A stretch of DNA of 29,151 nucleotides from an uncultured archaeon (GTDB taxonomy: Archaea > Iainarchaeota > Iainarchaeia > Iainarchaeales > 0-14-0-20-30-16), in assembly GCA_964480435.1 (NCBI GenBank), contig CAYZSS010000009.1, positions 1 through 29,151 of the forward strand. The letters run 5' to 3'. The translations under genes were made by a program, and so were the position numbers. A model generated the notes under the pieces. It was not told the origin of the DNA. It made no database searches and saw nothing but the letters and a program-made list of their open reading frames with translations. Positions 17,635 through 25,957 of the stretch are shown piece by piece (within the stretch, counting starts at the first letter, position 1; every line of letters starts with the position of its first letter).

Positions 17635-17780
17635 TTTTTCATAAATTAAATAGAGATTTAATCTTTTCTTTTGTTTGTTTTAATTTGCATTTTTTTTAAA
17701 TTAGAAAAAGGGGAAAAGCATATATATTATTTGTTTGTAGAGTATATGTCTTTTATGGTAAGGAGGGGGTATTATGAAAA
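17635..17780 (+). promoter_or_regulatory. Duplicated promoter/5'UTR cassette, copy 2
   Basis: See copy 1. This copy precedes an unrelated lipoprotein gene. Confidence 0.8.
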
Positions 17781-18289
17781 CTATTTTGCCTATTGTAATT
17801 GCAATGCTTGCGGTTATGGTTGTTTTAAGTGGCTGTGTTGGAAGTCAGGTGGCCCCGGGCACAAAAATTGATTCTAAAGATTCTTTTATGAGTGCATTAA
17901 ACTCAGGTATAGAGTTAAAATGTGCTGTTGATATTAACGGGATGGCTGCAACAGTTTATTTTACAAAAGATAAATATATGGCAATAGCAAATACTCCGCA
18001 ACAAGAAAAAGTTTATACTATTATTGATCTTACAGAAAAAATGATATATATTTGGTCAGATATAGATGTATTTACTCCTGAACAATTAGATGCAATGCAG
18101 ATTACTGCTGAACCAGGAAAAAAGATTGGTGCAAAAATGTCTGTAGCAGAACAGCCTTCTGAAGAGCTAACTGCTGATGATTATGAACCAGATTGGATTT
18201 GTGAAACAAGTGTAGAACCAATAGTAGTCCCAAGTGGCTATCAATTTATTGATATGACTGGTATGATGTCTGCACAAGGAACTAACTAA
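17774..18289 (+). CDS. Small lipoprotein, paralog A1
   Basis: The signal peptide and lipobox are MLAVMVVLSGC. By manual alignment, 152 of 171 residues are identical to the ORF at 25958-26473. Confidence 0.75.
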   Translation: MKTILPIVIAMLAVMVVLSGCVGSQVAPGTKIDSKDSFMSALNSGIELKCAVDINGMAATVYFTKDKYMAIANTPQQEKVYTIIDLTEKMIYIWSDIDVFTPEQLDAMQITAEPGKKIGAKMSVAEQPSEELTADDYEPDWICETSVEPIVVPSGYQFIDMTGMMSAQGTN

Positions 18290-18290
18290 A

Positions 18291-18313
18291 AAGGTTAAAT
18301 TAACCTTTTTTTT
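18291..18313 (+). terminator. Hairpin plus T-run after paralog A1
   Basis: aaggttaa-a-ttaacctt forms a perfect 8-bp stem and is followed directly by a T-run. Confidence 0.5.
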
Positions 18314-18359
18314 ATTCTTTTCTTTTATAATCTAACCCGATTTGTTGTGTTGGATTTGG

Positions 18360-19703
18360 TTAGGTTAATTTATATTTATTTTTCTTTATTATTTCCTCTG
18401 CACAGATTAGTCCTGTTGCAGCTGCATTTACTATATCATGACTTAACCCAGCTCCATCTCCTGCAACAAATAGATTATCAAACCCTTTTACTTTTAGTCC
18501 TTGTTCAGTTAAAATTCGCAGAGCAAGAAGTTTTATTTCAGGGGCATAAAGTAAAGTATGTTCTGAATAAATTCCTGGCATAATAGTATCTAATTTTTTT
18601 AAACCTTCAATAATATTTACAAGTATTCTGTGGGGCAAAAGTAAGGAAATATCTCCTGGAACAACATCTTTTAGAGTGGGCTCAACTATGTTCCTGTTGA
18701 TTCTTTCCCATGTACTTCTTCTTCCTTTTGTTAAGTCTCCTAGCCTTTGTAGAATAGGCTTTCCTGTGCCCAAGAAATTTGCTAACTCTCCGATCTTATA
18801 TCCAAAAGAATTTGAATCTTCAATGGGGTCTGTTAATTTTACATTTACTAATAATGCAAAGTTTGTGTTTTCAGATTTTTTATTTGCAAATGCGTGCCCA
18901 TTTACATTGATGAAATTATCATATGTTTCTTGAACAACATATCCATTTGGATTTGTGCAAAAAGTTCTTACAAAGTCATCAAATGTAGTAGTGAAAATAT
19001 GTAATTTTGGATCATAAATTTTGTCCGTAATTTGTTTTGTAATTATTGCCGAAGTTTCAACTCTTACTCCAATATCAACTGCTAATGCTTTGGTTTCGAT
19101 ATTGTGTTTTTTAGTAATATTTTTCAACCATACTGACCCATTTCTGCCTACTGCAAAAATGAAATTATCTGCTTTTATATTTCCTGTATTTGTAATTATT
19201 TCAACAACTTTATTATTTTTTATGATTAAATCTATTGCTTCTGTGTTTGGTCTTATTTCTGCTCCTTTTGAAATTAAGTCTGTAACAAAAGCATCAATTA
19301 ATTTAACTAAATTATCACTTCCAAAATGTTTTTGTTTTGCTTTTATTAATCTGATTCCGCTTTTTGCTGCTAATGAATCAATTTTGTTGATTTCTGCTTC
19401 GTCATAAGTTATAAAACCATTGCTTAATCCGTATTCTTGAAATATCTTATCAATTTCATCTATTAAAGAATTAGCTTTGCTTAGTGGAACAAATTCAGTT
19501 AGGTCTCCACCAATAAAAGGGGTGAAGTTTAACTTTCCATCGGAGAATAGCCCCGCTCCCCCTGCTCCACTTACTATCTCTTTTTTTGATCTTTCTTTAG
19601 GCATCTTTCCTTTGTCAATAGCTATTACTTCAATTCCAGAATCAATTAATTTTTTAGTGGCAAATAACCCTGCTGGCCCTAATCCAATAATACATACTTT
19701 CAT
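18360..19703 (-). CDS. FAD-dependent oxidoreductase (COG2509-like)
   Basis: The N-terminal dinucleotide motif is KVCIIGLGPAGLFA and the C-terminal motif is FVAGDGAGLSHDIVNAAATG. The protein is 447 aa. Confidence 0.7.
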   Translation of the reverse strand: MKVCIIGLGPAGLFATKKLIDSGIEVIAIDKGKMPKERSKKEIVSGAGGAGLFSDGKLNFTPFIGGDLTEFVPLSKANSLIDEIDKIFQEYGLSNGFITYDEAEINKIDSLAAKSGIRLIKAKQKHFGSDNLVKLIDAFVTDLISKGAEIRPNTEAIDLIIKNNKVVEIITNTGNIKADNFIFAVGRNGSVWLKNITKKHNIETKALAVDIGVRVETSAIITKQITDKIYDPKLHIFTTTFDDFVRTFCTNPNGYVVQETYDNFINVNGHAFANKKSENTNFALLVNVKLTDPIEDSNSFGYKIGELANFLGTGKPILQRLGDLTKGRRSTWERINRNIVEPTLKDVVPGDISLLLPHRILVNIIEGLKKLDTIMPGIYSEHTLLYAPEIKLLALRILTEQGLKVKGFDNLFVAGDGAGLSHDIVNAAATGLICAEEIIKKNKYKLT

Positions 19704-19723
19704 AAAATCACCATTTTATGTAC

Positions 19724-19784
19724 CTGTTTGATATTTTTGTGAACTTTTTGTGAACACAAATTCAAACTTGTTCATAGCAATCAC
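19724..19784 (-). promoter_or_regulatory. Conserved upstream element, copy B, with an exact 11-nt tandem GTTCACAAAAA duplication
   Basis: It aligns with 4583-4633. On the minus strand it reads ..TTTGAATTTGTGTTCACAAAAAGTTCACAAAAATATCAAACAG, about 20 nt upstream of the oxidoreductase ATG. Confidence 0.5.
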
Positions 19785-19858
19785 AGTCCCAAAAGATTTA
19801 CTAATAAAAAAGAATTTTAAATTATAAATAGCTTCTGTGGTGCTACATAAGTTTTAAT

Positions 19859-20236
19859 TTATAATTCAAAAAGTAGTTTTAACCTGTCTTTTGTTTGATC
19901 TAATTTATTTTTTGAAATTGTTCCGATTTTTTGTTTAATTATATTTTTGTTGGCGGTTATCAAAAATCCGCAATTAATTGTGCTTTCTTTGATTAAATCG
20001 CCGATTATTAAATCTTTTTTTGTTAGTTTTATGTCATATGGCAAGGAATGTCCAATAGAAGTAATTTTTAATAATATTAAATCAGGGTATTTATTGTTGA
20101 ATTGACTATTACTTATTACTAGTGCTGGCCTTAGTTTGGTGTTGGTTTGATCTGAAAAAGGAACTGGCAGAACAATTATATCCCCTTGATTAAAAATTGA
20201 ATAGTTCTTTTGCATCATCCCAGTTCTCCCCGGCAT
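19859..20236 (-). CDS. mazF: MazF/PemK-family endoribonuclease toxin (second copy)
   Basis: The signature is GDIIVLPVPFSDQTNTKLRPALVISN followed by ILLKITS. The start may instead be Met7 or Met8 (20218 or 20215). It overlaps the antitoxin gene's 3' end. Confidence 0.8.
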   Translation of the reverse strand: MPGRTGMMQKNYSIFNQGDIIVLPVPFSDQTNTKLRPALVISNSQFNNKYPDLILLKITSIGHSLPYDIKLTKKDLIIGDLIKESTINCGFLITANKNIIKQKIGTISKNKLDQTKDRLKLLFEL

Positions 20237-20387
20237 AGTTTATTGCTTCAGTTTTAATTTTATTGTCTTCTAATTCTCTTAATTTAATAATTGCTGCGTT
20301 TCTCATAACTTCTGTCCATTTTATTTCGCTGTGTTTTTTCATAAGGCTATAATATTGGTCTGGTATCGATAAAGTTACATTAGTCAT
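20190..20387 (-). CDS. RHH/CopG-like antitoxin with Trp/acidic C-terminal tail
   Basis: I chose the ATG at 20385-20387, which follows GGTGA. The N-terminus is MTNVTLSIPDQYYSLMKKHSEIKWTEVMRNAAIIKL (beta-strand plus helix RHH pattern). The C-terminus is AGENWDDAKELFNF. The track's longer ORF overlaps the TrmB-family regulator gene's 3' end and looks spurious. Confidence 0.6.
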   Translation of the reverse strand: MTNVTLSIPDQYYSLMKKHSEIKWTEVMRNAAIIKLRELEDNKIKTEAINYAGENWDDAKELFNF

Positions 20388-20463
20388 ATAATCACCAAAT
20401 AATCTACTTAAATAAGTATAATAAGGGTTAACTATAAAAATATAGTGTTTTTGTTGCTTGTTT

Positions 20464-21168
20464 TTATTTGAGGTTTTCCCAAAGAAGCTCAAAAGTGTCC
20501 TTAAATCCAGCATAAATATCAGGGTCTTTTATTTTTACCACAAGTATGTTTCCTTTGAGTTTTTGTATTACTACTTTATTATCAAATATAAACATTGTGG
20601 CATAATTTGTGTTTTTTGAAGGCAAATACTTTATTGAAACATTTTTTTTGTTATGAAACTCAGGCATATTCATGTTCTTATTTGCAATTATTTTTATGCT
20701 GTTTACTTTTAATATTTCTTTTAGCCAACCTTGGCTATATTTTAATGGCTCTCTTATTAGCCCTGTCACATTTAACATTCTAATTTCTTTGGATTTTATT
20801 AGTTCTCTATTTATGTTTTTTAACCCTTGAACCCCGTCATAAATTTCAACCATACTATCTGGTATTTTGTGTTCTGTTTTTGTTGCTTTTATTTTTGTAA
20901 TAATTTCTTGTGCAATAATTTCTTTTTGTTTTATATTAGACAGAAAATTTTCAGGGTCAGTTATGGAATATAATCTTTTTCCATTTTCTGTTATGCAATT
21001 AATTACTCCTTTGTTAATTAAGGCTTGTAAGGTATTGTATGTTGCTGTTCTGTTACCTGTGATCTTTTTTGTTACTTCTGAAGCACTTATCTTTTGTGTA
21101 GAAAAAATGGTATTGTAAATTTTTGCTTCTCTTTTGGTAAAGCCTAAATCTTGTAATTGTTCTAACAT
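20464..21168 (-). CDS. TrmB-family transcriptional regulator
   Basis: The N-terminal wHTH LQDLGFTKREAKIYNTIFSTQKISASEVTKKITGNRTATYNTLQALINKGVI is characteristic of TrmB. Confidence 0.75.
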   Translation of the reverse strand: MLEQLQDLGFTKREAKIYNTIFSTQKISASEVTKKITGNRTATYNTLQALINKGVINCITENGKRLYSITDPENFLSNIKQKEIIAQEIITKIKATKTEHKIPDSMVEIYDGVQGLKNINRELIKSKEIRMLNVTGLIREPLKYSQGWLKEILKVNSIKIIANKNMNMPEFHNKKNVSIKYLPSKNTNYATMFIFDNKVVIQKLKGNILVVKIKDPDIYAGFKDTFELLWENLK

Positions 21169-21256
21169 GATTTATTTCTTGGTTTAGATACAAATTTAAA
21201 GTAGTCGTTTTTTATGACGACAAAATCATATATATTAGCTGGGTTCCTTTTTTTAT

Positions 21257-21946
21257 ATGGCTGACAAAAAAGTAATTTTTAAGAACTCCCTGTATATTTT
21301 GGGATATTTTATACTTGTTCTTGTAATGTGGTATTTTTTATCTAAATATTTTTTTGATACTGATATGATTCATAATTTTGTATCAAAATTTGGGTTTTTT
21401 GCACCAATAATATTTATTATAATGCAAATAACACAAAACATAATTGCTCCAATCTCCCATTATCCTGTGCTTTTAGCAGGAGGCTTACTTTTTGGTCCAG
21501 TAATGGGTTTTATCTATAACTGGCTAGGTACAGTAATTGGTACATTTTTGATAATTTTACTTGTTAGAAAATACGGTATTTCTTTAGTAATTCGTATGAT
21601 TGGCCAGAAAAATTATGATAAATATAACTCCTTTGCAACTAAACTTGGCTGTTACCCTTTATTTTTAATTTATCTTTTGCCTGTATTTCCTGATGATGAA
21701 ATTACTTATCTTGTGGGCCTTACTACCTTAAGAAAAAGAGACTTATTTATTGCAATTGTGCTTGGAAAAATTGGTGGTGCCTCCCTTAGTTTTGTGGGAG
21801 TAGATGTAATTGGTGGCACAGCATATATGGTGGTTATTTCTGCAATTGTTCTGGTAATTGGTACACTATATTACTTCCACAAACAAATATTTTCTTTTTT
21901 TATAACTCTATTTAAGAAAAAAGATAAAACAAAGAAAAATATTTAA
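21257..21946 (+). CDS. DedA / TVP38-TMEM64 family membrane protein
   Basis: It is polytopic, with the LLPVFPDDEITYLVGLT re-entrant-loop motif typical of the SNARE-associated/DedA family. Confidence 0.7.
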   Translation: MADKKVIFKNSLYILGYFILVLVMWYFLSKYFFDTDMIHNFVSKFGFFAPIIFIIMQITQNIIAPISHYPVLLAGGLLFGPVMGFIYNWLGTVIGTFLIILLVRKYGISLVIRMIGQKNYDKYNSFATKLGCYPLFLIYLLPVFPDDEITYLVGLTTLRKRDLFIAIVLGKIGGASLSFVGVDVIGGTAYMVVISAIVLVIGTLYYFHKQIFSFFITLFKKKDKTKKNI

Positions 21947-21968
21947 ACTAGAATAGATTAGTATACCT

Positions 21969-23516
21969 ATGCGATCGATAGTACTATTTTTTACTTTAAT
22001 ATTTTCAATTCTCTTTTTGGCTGCTGCTTTTGTTTATGCTTGTCCAGTGGGGCAAATGGAGAATTTTGATGGTTCTTGTATTGGGGATCCCAACTACAAT
22101 GCTGGACAAGTTAACTCTGGCAGTGGAAATAGCCAAACAACAACCATAATTGATTACTCAGGTTATACTGTGGAACAATTACAAGATGTTTGGGACAACC
22201 AATGTAGGTGGGGCGGAGGAAACTTAACTGATGCTCAATGTGGTAGCTTGCTGGATGCAATTTATGAAGAATCACAGCAAGAATCTGATAGCTCTGATCC
22301 AAATTCAGAAACTAATGCTGCTGACTCTGATATGACTCATAAATCAATAGGGGATTTCTCTAGCGAAGGTTTAGATCAGCAAAATACAGAAGGGCATAAA
22401 CTAATTGATGATGTTGATACAATGAAACAGAAAGTATATGATTTATTTACGAGTGTGGCAGTAAATTATTCTTATGAGGTTTATGGGCAGTTAGCAGAAA
22501 TTAGGGATAATGCAAATACAATTTCTAGTAATGAATATTCTGCAGCAGCAGATGCGGCAAATAGTTTTGGAGAACAACAAGCAAATTGCCCGCCCTGTTA
22601 TGATGAAGAGGATGATGGCTGCCAATGTAAGGATGCAATTCAAAGACAAATAAATGTGTCATCTTATACTCATTTTTTGAATTCATTTAATGCACAACAA
22701 GATGCCTTTAACCAGATTTCAGATTATATAAAAAATAATCCTCCAACTGAAAACTCAGGATCAAGTGATAAAGTGTCAACTAATTTAGATAATGCCGGTA
22801 CTTTAGTTAATTGGGGATACCAAGAAATACCTGCAAACCCCAATTCCAATTTATCAATAGCTGGTTATTATGGTCAAACAATAACTTTTGTGGATACATC
22901 TGAGGATGCCCAAAATAAATTGGATGCTACTTTGCCACAAGGTTTAGAAGTAATAAATGCAAAAGGAGATTATGAAGATGCTCTAAAAAACGGAACAGCT
23001 TCAGAAGAACTACAAATATTAAAAGATAGTTATGATGCAAAATTATTGGGTTTAGCACAAAATATTTATGATAATGTATTATCTAAAGATCCCACCAATT
23101 CTGATGCTTTATGGCAGATGGGAACTCTATCAAAATGGAACGGTGAAAATTCAAAATCTTATGAATATTATAGAGAAGCATTGCTTCAAGAACAGCATAA
23201 AAACCCTTTTAAATATCAGCAACTTTTAGATTCTATTAAAGATCCCGCTATACAACTTTCTTTGGTACAAAGTATAGCCCCAAATGAAAATATAATTAAT
23301 TTGCCAACAAAAGAAACGTCTCCTTTACTTAAAAAATTATCTGGAGAATTAGATATTCTTGTTCAGCCAGTTAAGGATGTATGGGTTGATTCAGTAAAAG
23401 GCAATATGAGGTCAATTGCAAAAAATATAGAAAAAGTTTCACGTGCTTTTTCTTTATCTAATGTGCTTGATAATACACAGAAAGAAATGGGTTTTTCTTT
23501 GATTGGGAGTGATTAA
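21969..23516 (+). CDS. Secreted protein, Cys pairs and acidic/polar low-complexity regions plus a TPR-like C-terminal segment
   Basis: The signal peptide is VLFFTLIFSILFLAAAFVYA. Cys motifs include CPVGQMENFDGSC and CPPCYDEEDDGCQC. KDPTNSDALWQMGTLSKWNGENSKSYEYYREALLQE looks TPR-like. Confidence 0.55.
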   Translation: MRSIVLFFTLIFSILFLAAAFVYACPVGQMENFDGSCIGDPNYNAGQVNSGSGNSQTTTIIDYSGYTVEQLQDVWDNQCRWGGGNLTDAQCGSLLDAIYEESQQESDSSDPNSETNAADSDMTHKSIGDFSSEGLDQQNTEGHKLIDDVDTMKQKVYDLFTSVAVNYSYEVYGQLAEIRDNANTISSNEYSAAADAANSFGEQQANCPPCYDEEDDGCQCKDAIQRQINVSSYTHFLNSFNAQQDAFNQISDYIKNNPPTENSGSSDKVSTNLDNAGTLVNWGYQEIPANPNSNLSIAGYYGQTITFVDTSEDAQNKLDATLPQGLEVINAKGDYEDALKNGTASEELQILKDSYDAKLLGLAQNIYDNVLSKDPTNSDALWQMGTLSKWNGENSKSYEYYREALLQEQHKNPFKYQQLLDSIKDPAIQLSLVQSIAPNENIINLPTKETSPLLKKLSGELDILVQPVKDVWVDSVKGNMRSIAKNIEKVSRAFSLSNVLDNTQKEMGFSLIGSD

Positions 23517-23518
23517 AA

Positions 23519-24136
23519 ATGACAAACAAAATTAAACAACCCTTGCTAACACTTGAAAAGAAAACCCCTGCCCTTTCTATTGCGGCATTTGTGTTTGGAA
23601 TTATATCGCTTATACTTGGCTGGTTCCCAATATTTGGGTGGATATTTATTGTTTTAAGCATTGTATTTGGTGTAATATCACTTAAACAAATAAAAATTGG
23701 AAATCTGCCTGGGCGTGAATTTGCTATTGCTGGCCTTGTTCTGGCTGGTGTTGGATTTGTTCTAGCATTAATTGCTATGATTGCATTTGCTTCTGCTGCT
23801 GGTGCTATTAAATGTTCTGACCTAAATTGTTTTGTTGCAGCAGCAAATGACTGTAATACAAAAGTATCATATGTTGATGTAACATCTGCTGGAACTTTTA
23901 GTTATTATGTTGAGTCGGTAACAGATAATGCTGGCTGTGTACTTACAAAAGAAATAACTAAATTTAGCGAGAAGGAAGACCAGGTTATAATTTCTGCTTT
24001 AAAAAATAAAAAACTGTATTGTAAATATACTGCAGGTAATTTTAATGAAAAATGGATAACTTCATTGTTTGAAGATATTGAAAACTGTGATGGGAATCTA
24101 AAAGAAACAATTGCGCAACTTTTATTGTTGTCATAG
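23519..24136 (+). CDS. Membrane protein (DUF4190-like N-terminus) with a Cys-containing extracellular domain
   Basis: The ATG lies 2 nt after the previous stop. GIISLILGWFPIFGWIFIVLSIVFGVISL follows the DUF4190 pattern. A second TM helix is followed by the CSDLNC..NDC..GC..YC..NC domain. Confidence 0.55.
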   Translation: MTNKIKQPLLTLEKKTPALSIAAFVFGIISLILGWFPIFGWIFIVLSIVFGVISLKQIKIGNLPGREFAIAGLVLAGVGFVLALIAMIAFASAAGAIKCSDLNCFVAAANDCNTKVSYVDVTSAGTFSYYVESVTDNAGCVLTKEITKFSEKEDQVIISALKNKKLYCKYTAGNFNEKWITSLFEDIENCDGNLKETIAQLLLLS

Positions 24137-24145
24137 ATATATTAT

Positions 24146-25819
24146 TTATTTTGTCTCACATTTGTAAGTGTATGCAGCATTTACGTGATTTGGATCTGTA
24201 TATGTTATTTTTTTTGTTTTTGTATTTCCTGCATCCACTGTTACACAGGTGGTTTTGGTCTGCACAACATAATCATCAACATAGGTTGTTGTGTCCACAC
24301 AGCTCTGCCCTGATTCTGTACCTGTATTTACAAAAGTAAGATTGCAATAAACAGCTAAATCATAATGGTAACAGCTATATTGATCTTGGTTTGTGCATTT
24401 CCATTCAGAGTCATAGGTTGTATGTACCAGGATGTTTGGGAATGCCAAATCGCTGGCTTTAATTCCTACATTCCCTGGCGGTTTAATATTTTTTTGCGCC
24501 CATTCATCTTCAATAACAGTAATTTCTCTATTATTATCGTGGGAGTTGTATTCTTCTAACCCTGCATTAAGTGCATCTTCATAGGAAGAAGTTAACATTG
24601 TAGTTTCTATTGGATAAATATACTTGCTGTCGTAGAAAGCAGCATACATGTGGCCTGGGTGAGTAATCAAAGCCGTTTTGATTCCTACTGATTCTAGTAG
24701 TGCTACATAAAGCGTTGCTAGGTCATCACAATCTCCTTTTTTTCTGCTAAGAACTTCAGCAGGGTACTGCCTGTATTCAACAGTAGGATCGGAAATATAA
24801 TCTATGTTGAGTCCTTTTAATAAATTCCAAATTTTTTTTGCTCCTTCACTTATTCCATCATCATCCATTGTGGAAAAACTACCTGCTGCAGAAACCGCTT
24901 GTCTTACTACACTTTCAATTGGTGTTACATATTGGGATACAGAAGAAAGGGTCCCCCAATTGCTCCTGCCTACTATTGTTACTGGAATACTTTTTGTTGA
25001 GGTATATTTATTTCCGTGTTCGTCTTCAAAAGTAATATTTATATTTACTAAAACACTTGCATCATCTAAAATATTTAACATTTCTTCGGTTGGAGTTGGA
25101 TACCAGCCGTAATTTTTTGATTCTCCTGGTTTTAATTTATCAAGTTCGTCTTTTTGTTCATTAGTATATTTGTCAATCTTAACTGATAAAATAATATTTT
25201 TTGCAACATTGGCTTGGTTGTTAATAATTTTTAAATAAACAAAAGGATATTTCTGGCCGCTATTATCTACTAATTCACGATTTGAATATAATGTACTGGC
25301 AGAAACTCCTTCAACAACATAATTAAGATTAATGTCTAATTCTGGTGCTAAGAATTGGCATTCGTTTTTTAATTTATTGCAAGAATATCCTTGCTCACAG
25401 CCACAATCTTTACAACAACTGTTTTTGCTTTCTCCTTTTGCATCACAGAAACCATCTCCACAAGCAAATGGGTAACAGCCTATATTACTTGTTCCAACTC
25501 TGTTTAGGTCGCAGACTTCACTTGTACCACATCCACAGTCTACAGAGTTACTACAATTTTCTCCAACTTGGGGCTGGCAGATTTGGTTAATACATTTTTC
25601 TGGATTACAATCTTTACTTCCACTATTACATTCTTTTGAAGTACAATAACCATCTCCAGAAATTGAAATTGTACCAACTGCCCACAGAATAATCAAAATT
25701 AAAACAATAATACTGCCTAAAGAAATTAAAAAGTATTTCAAAAAATATTTTTTAAAAAATTCTGCATATTTTTTTATCTTTTTTGTGTTAATAGCAGCTA
25801 ATTTTTCTTCTTTCTTCAA
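24146..25819 (-). CDS. Membrane-anchored Cys-rich surface protein with a transglutaminase-like core
   Basis: The TTG start follows GAAGGT. An N-terminal TM anchor is followed by about 100 aa of dense Cys repeats (CTSKECNSGSKDCNPEKC..). The catalytic-type block is KKGDCDDLATLYVALLESVGIKTALITHPGHMYAAF (Cys ... His). Confidence 0.65.
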   Translation of the reverse strand: MKKEEKLAAINTKKIKKYAEFFKKYFLKYFLISLGSIIVLILIILWAVGTISISGDGYCTSKECNSGSKDCNPEKCINQICQPQVGENCSNSVDCGCGTSEVCDLNRVGTSNIGCYPFACGDGFCDAKGESKNSCCKDCGCEQGYSCNKLKNECQFLAPELDINLNYVVEGVSASTLYSNRELVDNSGQKYPFVYLKIINNQANVAKNIILSVKIDKYTNEQKDELDKLKPGESKNYGWYPTPTEEMLNILDDASVLVNINITFEDEHGNKYTSTKSIPVTIVGRSNWGTLSSVSQYVTPIESVVRQAVSAAGSFSTMDDDGISEGAKKIWNLLKGLNIDYISDPTVEYRQYPAEVLSRKKGDCDDLATLYVALLESVGIKTALITHPGHMYAAFYDSKYIYPIETTMLTSSYEDALNAGLEEYNSHDNNREITVIEDEWAQKNIKPPGNVGIKASDLAFPNILVHTTYDSEWKCTNQDQYSCYHYDLAVYCNLTFVNTGTESGQSCVDTTTYVDDYVVQTKTTCVTVDAGNTKTKKITYTDPNHVNAAYTYKCETK

Positions 25820-25957
25820 ATAAATACCTTCTTTTTAAAGTCAACTTTGAAAATAATGTTTATAACTATTTATACCTTTCTTTTTTGCCTGACTCAAAAA
25901 AAGATATGTTTATATCTAGAATATTCTTAACTGTATATGACTTTTTGAGGTGATTAT

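Noticed and set aside
17153-17660. Recurring AAATTAAATAGA-like words upstream of the genes at 15367, 17207 and 17774 (15236-15250, 17161-17175, 17607-17620, 17643-17657).
   Set aside because: Two of the four hits are simply the duplicated cassette. The rest are pure A/T words that occur by chance at appreciable frequency in this composition.
21204-21221. Inverted repeat GTCGT-N8-ACGAC in the divergent intergenic region between the TrmB-family regulator gene and the DedA-family gene, as a possible TrmB operator.
   Set aside because: The arms are only 5 bp and do not extend. Such a repeat is expected by chance in this window and there is no second copy.
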